In this document: piece by piece, positions 40,167 through 49,991 of the stretch | How positions within the stretch are numbered: the first letter of the stretch is position 1 | How the letters are laid out: the number at the start of each line of letters is the position of its first letter | Assembly (NCBI GenBank): GCA_963813815.1 | Contig: CAWFAD010000011.1 | Span: 128,001-192,000 of the forward strand | Reading direction: 5' to 3' | Origin: an uncultured bacterium | Lineage (GTDB): Bacteria > Krumholzibacteriota > Krumholzibacteriia > Krumholzibacteriales > Krumholzibacteriaceae | DNA: 64,000 nucleotides | Program-made: the position numbers and the translations under genes | Notes under the pieces: generated by a model | The model's input: the letters and a program-made list of their open reading frames with translations, nothing else | What the model was told of the DNA's origin: nothing | Database searches by the model: none

Positions 40167-42071
40167 ATGAGCCTGCTCGAGCGCATATCGTCCCCGGCGG
40201 ATCTCAAGAAGCTCTCGATAGAAGAGCTCGGGGATCTCGCCTGCGAGGTGCGGCAGTACATCATCGAGGTCGTTTCGATGCGCGGGGGGCACCTCGCCTC
40301 GAGCCTCGGCGCCGTCGAGATCGCGCTCGCGGTGCACTACGTCTTCGATTCGCCGCGGGATCGGATCCTTTGGGACGTCGGGCATCAGAGCTACGCGCAC
40401 AAGATCCTCACGGGGCGCCGCGAGGCGTTCCGGAACCTGCGGACGCAGGGCGGGATCAGCGGCTTTCCGAGCCCGGGCGAGAGCGACTACGACGCCTACG
40501 GCGTGGGCCACGCGAGCACGGCGATTTCGGCGGCCCTCGGCATCGCGGCCTCGCGCGACCTGCGCGGCGAGGATTTCTTTCTCGTGAGCGTCGTCGGCGA
40601 CGGGGCGCTCACGGGCGGGCTTTCCTTCGAGGGGATCAATCAGGCCGGCCATCTCAAAAAGAACCGGTTCATCATCATCCTGAACGACAACGAAATGTCC
40701 ATTTCGCGGAACGTCGGCGCCCTCGCCCGCTACCTCACGAAGATAACGACGAAAAAGGTCTACCTGCAGTTCGAGGCCGACGTGTGGGAGCTCTTGGGCC
40801 GCATTCCGAACGTGGGGGGCAAGGCGCGGCGCGTCGCGCGGCGCATGAAGGAGAGCATCAAGAACCTCGTCGTGCCGACGATTCTCTTTGAGGAGCTCGG
40901 TTTCCGCTATTTCGGGCCGCTCGACGGCCACGACGTCGGCCATCTCGTCGGAGCGCTCTCCCAGATACGGGAGGTGCCGGGCCCCGTTCTGCTGCACGTG
41001 ATGACGAAGAAGGGCAAGGGGTACTGCTTCGCCGAGGAGAACGCCGAGAAATTTCATGGCGTCGGAAGCTTCCATACGGGGACGGGTGGCGCCCGGGGAG
41101 GATCGGCGAGGCCGACCTACAGCGACGTGTTCGGCGACTCGCTCGTCGAACTCGCTCGGCGCGACGAACGCGTCGTGGCGATCACGGCCGCGATGACGGA
41201 GGGAACCGGCCTTGCCCCCTTCGCGCGCGCGTTCCCCGATCGATTCTTCGACGTCGGCATCGCGGAGCAGCATGCCGTGACCTTCGCCGCCGGGCTCGCG
41301 CGCGAGGGGTTCCGGCCCTTCGTCGCCATCTATTCGACGTTTCTCCAGCGCGCGTTCGACCAGCTCGTTCACGACGTCGCCCTCCAGCGCCTGCCGGTCC
41401 GCTTCGTGCTCGACCGCGCCGGCATCGTCGGCGAGGACGGACCCACGCACCACGGAGCCTTCGATCTCTCGTATCTCCGCTGCGTGCCGAATATGATCAT
41501 CATGGCGCCGCGGGACGGCGAGGATCTGCGGGCGATGATCGCGGTCGCCCGCGAGTACGACGAAGGCCCCGTCGCGATCCGCTTTCCGCGCGGGGCGATT
41601 CCCGCCATCGACGCGGGGGAGCCGCGCGCTTCCGTGACGATCGGCAGGGGCGAGCTTCTTCGGTCCGGAGGCGACGCGGTGATCGTCGCCCTCGGGTCGA
41701 TGGTGTATCCTTCGCTCGAGGCGGCCCGCTCGATCGCGCGCGAGGGGATCGAGGCCTCCGTGATCGACGCGCGATTCGCCAAGCCCCTCGACGCCGATCT
41801 CATCGCGGAAGCGACGGCCAGCGGCGCACCCGTCGTGATCGTCGAGGAGAACGCCTTGCCCGGCGGATTCGGGGAGAGCGTGATTGAAATGCTCGCCGCG
41901 CGCGGGCTCGGCAATCGGGTCGTTCCGGTTGGATTGCCCGATCGATTCGTGCCGCACGGCAAGCGCGACGAGCTCCTCGACCAGCTCGGCCTTTCGGCCG
42001 GCGGGCTCGCCGCGCGGATCGTCGGGCTCGTCGGCTCGCTCCCGCGGGGGACAACAGGAGGAGATCGATGA
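40167..42071 (+). CDS. dxs: 1-deoxy-D-xylulose-5-phosphate synthase
   Basis: GGHLASSLG, DVGHQSY, GDGALTGG, NDNEMSI, GIAEQHA, GEDGPTHHG. Confidence 0.98.
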   Translation: MSLLERISSPADLKKLSIEELGDLACEVRQYIIEVVSMRGGHLASSLGAVEIALAVHYVFDSPRDRILWDVGHQSYAHKILTGRREAFRNLRTQGGISGFPSPGESDYDAYGVGHASTAISAALGIAASRDLRGEDFFLVSVVGDGALTGGLSFEGINQAGHLKKNRFIIILNDNEMSISRNVGALARYLTKITTKKVYLQFEADVWELLGRIPNVGGKARRVARRMKESIKNLVVPTILFEELGFRYFGPLDGHDVGHLVGALSQIREVPGPVLLHVMTKKGKGYCFAEENAEKFHGVGSFHTGTGGARGGSARPTYSDVFGDSLVELARRDERVVAITAAMTEGTGLAPFARAFPDRFFDVGIAEQHAVTFAAGLAREGFRPFVAIYSTFLQRAFDQLVHDVALQRLPVRFVLDRAGIVGEDGPTHHGAFDLSYLRCVPNMIIMAPRDGEDLRAMIAVAREYDEGPVAIRFPRGAIPAIDAGEPRASVTIGRGELLRSGGDAVIVALGSMVYPSLEAARSIAREGIEASVIDARFAKPLDADLIAEATASGAPVVIVEENALPGGFGESVIEMLAARGLGNRVVPVGLPDRFVPHGKRDELLDQLGLSAGGLAARIVGLVGSLPRGTTGGDR

Positions 42072-42931
42072 AGATCGCTGCGCTCGGGCTCGTCGTGAAC
42101 GTTCGGAAGCGGGAGATGAGGGAAGTCGTCGCGGCGGTGCTCGACGCCGTTCCGCGGGGAGTCGCCGTCCGGGCATTCGAGGAGGGCGCCGATCTCGCGG
42201 CCCCGGGGCGCGTGGAGCGCGTCTCGTCGCTCGGCGGATGCGACGCCGTTCTCGCGCTCGGGGGCGACGGGACGCTGCTCGTCGCGGCGCGCCTCGTCGC
42301 CGCGGAGGGCATTCCGGTCCTCGGCATCAAGGTCAGAAGTCTCGGTTTTCTCACCGAGGACGATCCGAAACGCGCCCTCGCGGAGCTCTTCGCCGGCCGG
42401 TACCGGATACAGGAGCGTATCCGCCTCGAGACGGTCGTCGAGCGCGAAGGCCGCGCCGCCGAGCGCTGGAGCGCCCTCAATGACGCCGTGGTGCACGGAG
42501 TCGGCGTTTCGCGGGTCGTCCAGCTGCGGACGACGATCGACGAGACGCTGCTCGGCGAGTATCTCGCCGACGGAGTCATCGTATCGACGCCCACGGGATC
42601 CACCGCCTATTCGCTGGCGGCCGGCGGGCCGATCGTCAACCCGACGACGCTCGAGGCATTCGTCATCACGCCGCTCTGTCCGCATTCGCTTTCGGTGCGG
42701 CCCGTGGTGGCGAGCGTGGCCGAGCGGATCTCGATAGAGATCGTGGAGGCGAGCCACGAAGCGCTGCTCACGATCGACGGGCAGCAATCGTGTCCGGTGC
42801 GAACAGGGGAGCGGATTGTCTGCCGCCGCGACGAGCATCCGACGAAGCTCATCGTGACGGAGGGCTACCGGTTCTACGACCTGGTTCGCCGCAAGCTGAA
42901 GTGGGGAGGGGTCCTGCGACAGGACCATTGA
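42068..42931 (+). CDS. nadK: NAD kinase
   Basis: LGGDGT, LGFL, ALND, DGVIVSTPTGSTAYSLAAGGP. Confidence 0.95.
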   Translation: MKIAALGLVVNVRKREMREVVAAVLDAVPRGVAVRAFEEGADLAAPGRVERVSSLGGCDAVLALGGDGTLLVAARLVAAEGIPVLGIKVRSLGFLTEDDPKRALAELFAGRYRIQERIRLETVVEREGRAAERWSALNDAVVHGVGVSRVVQLRTTIDETLLGEYLADGVIVSTPTGSTAYSLAAGGPIVNPTTLEAFVITPLCPHSLSVRPVVASVAERISIEIVEASHEALLTIDGQQSCPVRTGERIVCRRDEHPTKLIVTEGYRFYDLVRRKLKWGGVLRQDH

Positions 42932-42948
42932 GCGGGGGAGGTGCGGGG

Positions 42949-44640
42949 ATGTTGATCGAGCTGCGCATTCGCAATCTCGCCGTCGTCGAGGACGCCGTCA
43001 TACGGTTCGGTCCGGGTCTCAACGCCATGACGGGATCCACGGGGGCGGGCAAATCGATCATTCTCTCGGCGGTCGAGCTGCTTTCGGGAGGACGCGCCCG
43101 GCGATCGCTCATCCGCAAGGGGGCCGCCTCGCTCGAGGTCGAGGGAGTGTTCGAGATACCGCCGGGAGAGGCGATTCGCGAATCCCTCGGCATGTCCCCG
43201 GGAGAGCGGGAGATTTCGATCCGGCGGGAGGTCGCCTCGGACGGCAGGAACCGGCTCTGGATCAACGGCATGAACGCCACGGTGGCGGCGGCGCAGGAAA
43301 CATCCGCCGCCCTCCTCGAGCTTCACGGGCAGCACCGTCAGCAGGAGTTTCTCGATCAAGAAACGCACATCGTCTATCTCGACTCGCGCGGAGACTACGG
43401 CGGTCTCCTCGACGCCTGCATGCGGGAGATCGAACGCTACGTCGGGCTTTCGCGCCGCCTCGCGGCGCTCGAGGAGGGGCGCGAGGAGCACCGGCGCCAG
43501 GAGGAGTTCCTGCGTTTTCAGCTGCGGGAGCTCGAGGCTCTTCGGCTCGAAGCGGGGCTCGATCGCGATCTCGAGGGGCGGATTCAGCGCCTCACCCACC
43601 GGCAGAGCTACGTCGGGGCGCTCGATGAGGCGCTCGAGCTCCTCGAGGGCGAGGGATCCTCGGCGATCGACCGCCTCGCGCGCGCCGCGCGCTGCCTCGA
43701 AACGCTCGCGGGGATCGATCCGGCGTGGCGGGAGAGCGCTTCCGAGCTCGCCGCCGCGCGTGTTTCGCTTCAAGAGGTCGGGCGCAAAATGGCGAGAGAG
43801 AGAAGCGGAGCGGAAGACTCGGGGGAGGATCTCGAGAGCCTGCAGGAGCGTCTCGCCGGCATCCAGCGGGCTTCGCGCAAGCACGGACTCCCGCTCGACG
43901 GGCTCATCGCGCGTCGCGAGGAGATCCGGGGCATCCTCGCCACTCTCGACGGCGGCTCGGCCGAGATCGAGGAAGCCCGTGCGGAGCGCGAGGGATCGAG
44001 ACGCAAGCTCGAGCCCCTCGTCCTCGATCTCCGTCGAAAGCGAATCGCCGCCGCGGCGTCCCTCGACCGTCTCGTGACGGCGGAGCTCGCGAAGCTCGGC
44101 ATGTCGGGGGCGCTTTTCGAGACGCGCGTCTCGCCGCTCGAAAATAGTGCTTTCCAAGACCCGTCACTTGAAATACATTTGTCTCCGAGAGGCGGCGACC
44201 GGGTCGAATTCATGATCCGAACGAACGTCGGCGAGGAGATGCATCAGCTCGCGGACGTCGTATCGGGAGGAGAACTCTCCCGGATCTCGCTCGTTCTCAA
44301 AAAACTGCAAGCCGAAGGTCGGAACATACCGACCCTCATATTCGACGAGATAGACGCCGGCCTCGGCGCGGATCTCGGTGGAGTCGTCGCGGAGCGGCTC
44401 GCGGAGCTCGCCCGGAAGTACCAGATCGTCTGCATCACGCATCTCCCGCAGGCGGCGGCACGGGCGGCGACGCACATCCGGGTCAGCAAGCGGGTGAGTG
44501 GCGGCAGGACGGTCGCGTCCGCCGCGCAGCTCTCGGGACCGGATCGGATCGCGGAGATCGCGCGCATGCTCGGCGGAGACGGGGACCTCCGAAGGGAGCT
44601 CGCCCAGGAGTTGCTCGGAAAGAAATCAGCGCGCCCGTAG
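42949..44640 (+). CDS. recN: DNA repair protein RecN
   Basis: TGSTGAGKS, HGQH, SGGELSR, LIFDEIDAG, ITHLPQ; stop codon lies inside tRNA-Arg. Confidence 0.95.
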   Translation: MLIELRIRNLAVVEDAVIRFGPGLNAMTGSTGAGKSIILSAVELLSGGRARRSLIRKGAASLEVEGVFEIPPGEAIRESLGMSPGEREISIRREVASDGRNRLWINGMNATVAAAQETSAALLELHGQHRQQEFLDQETHIVYLDSRGDYGGLLDACMREIERYVGLSRRLAALEEGREEHRRQEEFLRFQLRELEALRLEAGLDRDLEGRIQRLTHRQSYVGALDEALELLEGEGSSAIDRLARAARCLETLAGIDPAWRESASELAAARVSLQEVGRKMARERSGAEDSGEDLESLQERLAGIQRASRKHGLPLDGLIARREEIRGILATLDGGSAEIEEARAEREGSRRKLEPLVLDLRRKRIAAAASLDRLVTAELAKLGMSGALFETRVSPLENSAFQDPSLEIHLSPRGGDRVEFMIRTNVGEEMHQLADVVSGGELSRISLVLKKLQAEGRNIPTLIFDEIDAGLGADLGGVVAERLAELARKYQIVCITHLPQAAARAATHIRVSKRVSGGRTVASAAQLSGPDRIAEIARMLGGDGDLRRELAQELLGKKSARP

Positions 44641-44706
44641 CTCAGCGGATAGAGCACCAGCCTCCGGAGCTGGGTGCCAGAGGTTCAAATCCTCTCGGGC
44701 GCGCCA
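44631..44706 (+). tRNA. tRNA-Arg(CCG)
   Basis: GCGCCCG/CGGGCGC acceptor stem, loop CTCCGGA, GGTTCAAATCC, encoded CCA. Confidence 0.95.
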
Positions 44707-44742
44707 ATTTTAAAACCTCCGCCCACGGCGGCGAAACGTTCC

Positions 44743-46401
44743 ATGAGACGCCTCTGCTGTTTTCTCCTGCTCGCGTTCCTGCAGGTCCCGTTCGGGCGGG
44801 TTCGCGGCGGCGATTCCGACGGAGCGGTCGCCGACCGCGACTCGATCGAATCGGTCGTGCGGTGGCTCACGACGGATCCCTCGTCGGGCGAGCTTCGCAC
44901 GCGGTTCGTCCTGCGGGAAGAGCCGCTCGCCATGGTCGCCGACTCGCTCGCCTCGCGCCTTTCGCGCGCCACGGGAAATCCGGCGCGCATCATGGAGTTC
45001 TCCTTCGACAGGCAGTACGACGCGCCCGACAGCACCTACCGGGCCGAGAACATCGTGGCGCTGCTCCCCGGAACGGGAGAAGTCTCGGGCGCCTTCGTCG
45101 TATCGGCGCACTTCGACGCCATCGCGTCGAGGACGGTCGGCTGGACCGAGAATTGGGAGTCGTGGCCGGCGCCCGGCGCGGACGACGACGCCACGGGAGT
45201 GGCGGCGGTGCTGGAGGTGGCGCGCGAGTTCGGCGAGAGAGCTGAAGCGCTCCCGTTCGATCTCCTCTTTGTGCTCTTTTCCGGCGAGGAGTTCGATCGC
45301 CTCGGCAGCATCGATTTCGTCGCGCGCCTGCCGGAGGCCTACGGGGAGCGCGTCATCGGCGCGATCAACTTCGACATGCTCGGGTACCGGCCCGGCGCTT
45401 CTCCGGCCGCGAGCCTGCTCTCCAATCCGGCGTCGGGATGGCTTTCGGACTGCATCGTGGATCACGCCCGTTTCGCGCCCGAGGGGCTGCCGCTCGAGGT
45501 GTCCGTGCTCGGTCCGACGGTTTCGGATCACCAGTCCTTTTGGGAGGCCGGCATACCGGCGGTGACGATCATGGAGCCGCTTCTCGACGGTCGCGTGGCG
45601 TATCCGTACTACCATTCGGTCCTCGATACCCTCGGCCGCGTCGATATCGAGCAGACCGGCCGCATCGTCGACCTCGCCGTGGGCTTCCTCGATAGCCTCG
45701 GGGCGGCTCCCGCGGAGATCGCGATGCTTCCGTCCGACCTCCTTTTGTATTTCCGGGGATATCCGACGACTCGCAGGGTTTTCACGGCGGGGGACACGCT
45801 CGAAGTGGTCGTGCGCGCGAGAAACGTCGGATCGGCCGCGCCTCCCCCGGGGAGCACGGCGCGGGTCGCTCTTTCCCTGCAAACGAGCGCGGGTTCGAGC
45901 CTGCTGCATGAGAGCGCGACGGCGGCCCCCGGGGCCCTCGAGAGCGCGGATGTCGTCGTGACGCTCGCTCTCGGCCCCGAACACGCGGGGGCGAACGTGC
46001 TGCGCTCGTCGATCGGCGTTCTCGGCATGGAGAACGACGAGCTGAACGACGCGACCTCGCTCCAGTTCGCCGTGGAGAGCGCCGGCCAGGCCGTCCTCAT
46101 GCATTCGATGCAGCCGAATCCGATGCAGGGACCGTTCGCCGCGGGCTCGTTTTGTATGAATCTCGCTCGGGCCGTCGACGCCCATCTCGAGATCTTCACG
46201 CTGGAAGGGGAGCGGCTCGAGGCGGCCTACCTCGGGGAGAGGTGGGGAACGCCGCTCTCGGCCGGGCTCGTTTGCGTGCCGCTCGGAGGCCTATTCCCGG
46301 GCGTCGACGAGCTCGCCTCGGGAATCTATCTCTACCGCCTCGTCGTTTTCGACGGAGCCGCTCAAACGATGCTCAACGGCCGCTTCGCGATCGAGCGTTG
46401 A
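44743..46401 (+). CDS. Secreted M28 family metallopeptidase with Ig-like domain and T9SS/FlgD-like C-terminal domain
   Basis: Signal peptide; SAHFD, GADDDATG, SGEE, NFDM, SDH, YYHS; C-terminal PNP...IFTLEGE...LASGIYLYRL. Confidence 0.85.
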   Translation: MRRLCCFLLLAFLQVPFGRVRGGDSDGAVADRDSIESVVRWLTTDPSSGELRTRFVLREEPLAMVADSLASRLSRATGNPARIMEFSFDRQYDAPDSTYRAENIVALLPGTGEVSGAFVVSAHFDAIASRTVGWTENWESWPAPGADDDATGVAAVLEVAREFGERAEALPFDLLFVLFSGEEFDRLGSIDFVARLPEAYGERVIGAINFDMLGYRPGASPAASLLSNPASGWLSDCIVDHARFAPEGLPLEVSVLGPTVSDHQSFWEAGIPAVTIMEPLLDGRVAYPYYHSVLDTLGRVDIEQTGRIVDLAVGFLDSLGAAPAEIAMLPSDLLLYFRGYPTTRRVFTAGDTLEVVVRARNVGSAAPPPGSTARVALSLQTSAGSSLLHESATAAPGALESADVVVTLALGPEHAGANVLRSSIGVLGMENDELNDATSLQFAVESAGQAVLMHSMQPNPMQGPFAAGSFCMNLARAVDAHLEIFTLEGERLEAAYLGERWGTPLSAGLVCVPLGGLFPGVDELASGIYLYRLVVFDGAAQTMLNGRFAIER

Positions 46402-46416
46402 GAGAGGGGAGCGCCG

Positions 46417-46734
46417 GTGATACGGATCATGGGTCAGGCGCCTCGACCGCGGCGAAGGGGTTTCTCCCCCGGGAAACGGCCGCCGGGCGAGAAGGAGTAT
46501 TATTACTCGCTCGGCGCCATTATCCTGGTGAAAATCGTCCTCTTCGTTTTTCTCTGGGTCCTTTTTGCCTCTTCGATCCGTGTCATGCGGACGAGCTTCC
46601 GGGGGATCTCGCAGACGTGGCGGTTCGCGTTCCCGGTATTCATCGGCGCCGTCGCCCTCTATATTGGTTATCATATCGTAAAGAGTATCAAAGAGATAAT
46701 GCGGCGCCCGAAAGGCCCTTCGCTGAAGCCCTGA
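46417..46734 (+). CDS. Hypothetical membrane protein (2 TM)
   Basis: GAGGGGAG RBS before GTG; two hydrophobic helices. Confidence 0.65.
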   Translation: MIRIMGQAPRPRRRGFSPGKRPPGEKEYYYSLGAIILVKIVLFVFLWVLFASSIRVMRTSFRGISQTWRFAFPVFIGAVALYIGYHIVKSIKEIMRRPKGPSLKP

Positions 46735-46803
46735 CGCCGCGCCCGCCAGACCCCGCAACCAGCGCTCCCTATCGCGCAATTTCAATAAAATAAATGTGTT
46801 TCG

Positions 46804-46819
46804 TGGCATGCCTCTTGCA
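46804..46819 (+). promoter_or_regulatory. sigma54 (-24/-12) promoter
   Basis: TGGCATGCCTCTTGCA, near-consensus, preceded by the AT-rich IHF-like tract TTTCAATAAAATAAA. Confidence 0.75.
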
Positions 46820-46851
46820 ATTTTGCCACTATTTTGGGAGGACCTGGATCT

Positions 46852-47904
46852 ATGCCGAGGACCTTGGACGAAAGAGACGTTCTCTTCAAGACCTTCACCG
46901 AGATCGCGAGCCTCATCAGCTCGGGGAAGGACAACCGGATCATTTTCCAAAAAATCCTCGACAATGCGCTCGCGATCCTTCCCTCGCGAAAGGTATACCT
47001 CATTCTGCTCGATAACCACCGCATCGTGAAGTACACCGGCCAGACGCAGGAGCGCGGGAAGAAGGTGACGGTCGAGGATCTGCCGGAATCGGCCGGAATC
47101 GTCAACTGGCTGCAGCGCGAATACGAAGAATCCAAAACGGCCGAGAAGATATTTTCCCTCGATCTCTCCATTCTCGCCAATGAGTTTCTGCGCGACGACG
47201 ACGCATCGAGCACGGTCATCTCGGCGCCCCTCATGGCGAAAAACTCGCTCTTCGGCATCATCCTCGCGCTGAACGATCCGTCGCAGAGGCGATTCAACGA
47301 CGAGGATATTCACCTCCTGACCGTTATGGCGAACCACGCCGCCATCGCGTTCGAGAACTACCTGCTCTACAAGAAGCTCGAGATGGAGTCGATCACCGAC
47401 GGGCTCACGGGGATATACAACTACCGTTTTCTCATCCGTTCCCTGCATCTCGAGATCAAGCGGGCGCGCCGGTTCCACTATCAGTTTTCGTACCTCATGA
47501 TCGACGTCGACAATCTCAAGGAGTACAACGACCGCAACGGACATCTTTCGGGGAGCCGCGCCCTGCGGGAGATCGCCGGAGTCATCACGCAGAGCTGCCG
47601 CGAAATCGATCTCGTCGCGAAATACGGCGGCGACGAGTTCGCCCTGCTGCTGCCGCAAACGGGGCTCGACGGGGCGATTCGCCTCGGCGACCGCATCCTG
47701 AGGGCGGTCCGGAGGTTCCGCTTCGACGGAAAGCGGGCGGGGCTCCTGACGTGCAGCGTGGGGATCGCGGTCTATCCCGACGACGCGAGAACCGTCGAGA
47801 CCATCATCGAACGGGCCGACGCCGCCCTGTACGCCGCCAAATCCCGCGGAAAGAACGGAATCGCGAGCTGCAGCGAGCTCGACAGCGCCACCCCGCCCTC
47901 CTGA
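46852..47904 (+). CDS. GAF-GGDEF diguanylate cyclase
   Basis: GAF domain, TDGLTGIYN, IDVDNLK..ND..GH, REID I-site, KYGGDEF. Confidence 0.93.
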   Translation: MPRTLDERDVLFKTFTEIASLISSGKDNRIIFQKILDNALAILPSRKVYLILLDNHRIVKYTGQTQERGKKVTVEDLPESAGIVNWLQREYEESKTAEKIFSLDLSILANEFLRDDDASSTVISAPLMAKNSLFGIILALNDPSQRRFNDEDIHLLTVMANHAAIAFENYLLYKKLEMESITDGLTGIYNYRFLIRSLHLEIKRARRFHYQFSYLMIDVDNLKEYNDRNGHLSGSRALREIAGVITQSCREIDLVAKYGGDEFALLLPQTGLDGAIRLGDRILRAVRRFRFDGKRAGLLTCSVGIAVYPDDARTVETIIERADAALYAAKSRGKNGIASCSELDSATPPS

Positions 47905-47909
47905 TTCTC

Positions 47910-47938
47910 TTGCGAAGCGGGGCCCCGCGCTATAGTAT
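47910..47938 (+). promoter_or_regulatory. sigma70-like promoter for the epimerase/export genes
   Basis: TTGCGA-17 bp-TAGTAT. Confidence 0.45.
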
Positions 47939-48024
47939 TACACAGTCATCGTCAGCGAAAGCAATCGGGATGCCGCACCGGCCGCGTCCCGAACGTTCAT
48001 CGAAGCAGAACGCGAGGAGTGTGC

Positions 48025-48957
48025 ATGGCGCGGTATCTCGTGACCGGCGGCGCCGGATTCATCGGGTCGAATATCGCCGAGGAGCTCGTGAATCGTGGGG
48101 AGGAGGTCGTCATCCTGGACGATCTCTCCACGGGCTCGGAAAGGAATATCGCCTCCTTCCGCGACCGCGTCACGTTCATCCGCGGCGACGTTCGAGACGC
48201 CGCGACGGTGAGAGGCGCCCTCGCAGGAGTGGACTACGTGCTCCATCAGGCGGCGCTCGCCTCGGTCCCGCGAAGCATCGAGGAGCCGCTGCTCGTCACC
48301 GACGTCAATACGCGCGGGACCCTCGTCGTGCTCGACGAAGCGCGTCTGGCGGGAGTGAAGCGCGTTGTGTACGCCGCTTCGAGCTCCGCCTACGGAGACT
48401 CCGAGAGCCTTCCCAAGATCGAAACGATGCCCGCTCTTCCGCTGTCTCCGTACGCGGCGAGCAAGCTCATGGGCGAGTACTACTGCTCGGTCTACGCCCG
48501 CGTGTACGGCCTTTCGACGGTGTCGCTGAGATACTTCAATATTTTCGGGCCGCGCCAGGATCCCCGGAGCCAGTACTCCGCCGTTATTCCCATATTCGCC
48601 ACGCACCTCATCGCCGGCACGCCGCCGACGATCTTCGGGGACGGCGAGCAGAGCAGGGACTTCACCTACATCGAGAACGTGGTCGACGCCAACATACGCG
48701 CCTCCCGGTGCGAAGAAGCCCGGGGACAGGTCGTCAACGTCGCCTGCGGAGAGCGGTACACGTTGAACGAGCTCTTCCGGGTCATGTCCGGCATCATCGG
48801 CGGTTCGGTGAAGCCGCGCTATGCGCCGCCGCGCGCGGGGGACGTAAAGCACTCGCAGGCGGACATTGCGGCCGCCGGGCGCCTTTTCGGATACGGAGTC
48901 CGGGTGCCTTTCGGCGAGGGAATCGAGCGTACGCTCGCGTGGTACCAGAGGGCGTAG
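48025..48957 (+). CDS. NAD-dependent UDP-sugar 4-epimerase (WbpP/TviC-like)
   Basis: TGGAGFIGS, HQAALASVPRS, SSSAYG, YAASK, YFNIFGPRQDP. Confidence 0.92.
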   Translation: MARYLVTGGAGFIGSNIAEELVNRGEEVVILDDLSTGSERNIASFRDRVTFIRGDVRDAATVRGALAGVDYVLHQAALASVPRSIEEPLLVTDVNTRGTLVVLDEARLAGVKRVVYAASSSAYGDSESLPKIETMPALPLSPYAASKLMGEYYCSVYARVYGLSTVSLRYFNIFGPRQDPRSQYSAVIPIFATHLIAGTPPTIFGDGEQSRDFTYIENVVDANIRASRCEEARGQVVNVACGERYTLNELFRVMSGIIGGSVKPRYAPPRAGDVKHSQADIAAAGRLFGYGVRVPFGEGIERTLAWYQRA

Positions 48958-49034
48958 CGGGGGCCTTTTTGCTTTACAGGCTGAGCTTCGACCGGGTACG
49001 ATACGGCCGGGCACGGTGAAAGGCGGAATCCTCC

Positions 49035-49982
49035 GTGAATCAATCGAAGATCATCGTTTGGCTGGCGATCGTCGCCTCCACGCTCCTCGCCTCGGGATGG
49101 GGAGCCGCGCAAGATATCCGGCTGCGTCCGGGCGACACCGTTCGCCTCGAGGTTCCGCAGCGCGAAGACCTCACGAGACTCCTCGACCTCGACGCGCGGG
49201 GCATGGTGAACCTGCCGATCGTGGGCCAGATCGCCCTCGGGGGCCTCACGATCGAGGAGGCGCGCGGCCTGCTGCTGCGCTCGCTCCAGGAGCTCTACCC
49301 GAGCGTCAGGTCGGTCGGGCTTTCGCTCATCGGCGGAGAGGCGCGCACGTTCATCTACGTTCAGGGCCAAGTCGCCCGCCCGGACAAGTACGACCTCTCG
49401 CTCGCTTCCAACCTTTGGGACGCCATCCGGGAGGCGGGCGGGACGACGGCGGCCGCGTCCCTCGATGCCGTGCGCCTCATACGCGTGGAGCGGGACAGCA
49501 CGACGACGACGGTCGTGGACGTTCAGCGGGCCCTCGACGCGGGAGATCTCTCATCGCTCCCGCCCCTGCGGCCCGGGGATACCGTCATCGTGCCGGAGCG
49601 CGGCGTCGCGGCGCAGGCGGCCTCCGGATCGGTGCTCGTCGTCGGGGCCGTCGCGGCGCCGGCGCCGTACCGTCTCGGCGAGGGGAAACGGGTCGTCGAC
49701 GCGATACTCGCGGCGGGAGGATGGACGGAAAACGCCTCACTCGGAAAGGTCACGATCATCCGGCCGCTCGCGCGGGGGGGATCGCGGACCACGAAGGTCG
49801 ACGTCGGGAAATACCTCAAGACGGGGGACGCGCGGCACAACCCGGTCGTGCTCGCGGGCGATACGGTGAGCGTGCCGCGGAAGAGCTCGCTCATCGGGTT
49901 TTTCTTGAATCCCGCGTTCATCATCGGCCTCATCACGACGAGCGCCACCTTGATCACCATCATCATCACTACTCAAGAATAG
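49035..49982 (+). CDS. Polysaccharide export protein (OPX/Wza-like, poly_export plus SLBB domains)
   Basis: LRPGDTV..LPIVGQI..GLT, GQVARP, AGG repeats, C-terminal hydrophobic helix. Confidence 0.85.
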   Translation: MNQSKIIVWLAIVASTLLASGWGAAQDIRLRPGDTVRLEVPQREDLTRLLDLDARGMVNLPIVGQIALGGLTIEEARGLLLRSLQELYPSVRSVGLSLIGGEARTFIYVQGQVARPDKYDLSLASNLWDAIREAGGTTAAASLDAVRLIRVERDSTTTTVVDVQRALDAGDLSSLPPLRPGDTVIVPERGVAAQAASGSVLVVGAVAAPAPYRLGEGKRVVDAILAAGGWTENASLGKVTIIRPLARGGSRTTKVDVGKYLKTGDARHNPVVLAGDTVSVPRKSSLIGFFLNPAFIIGLITTSATLITIIITTQE

Positions 49983-49991
49983 GAAGAAGCC

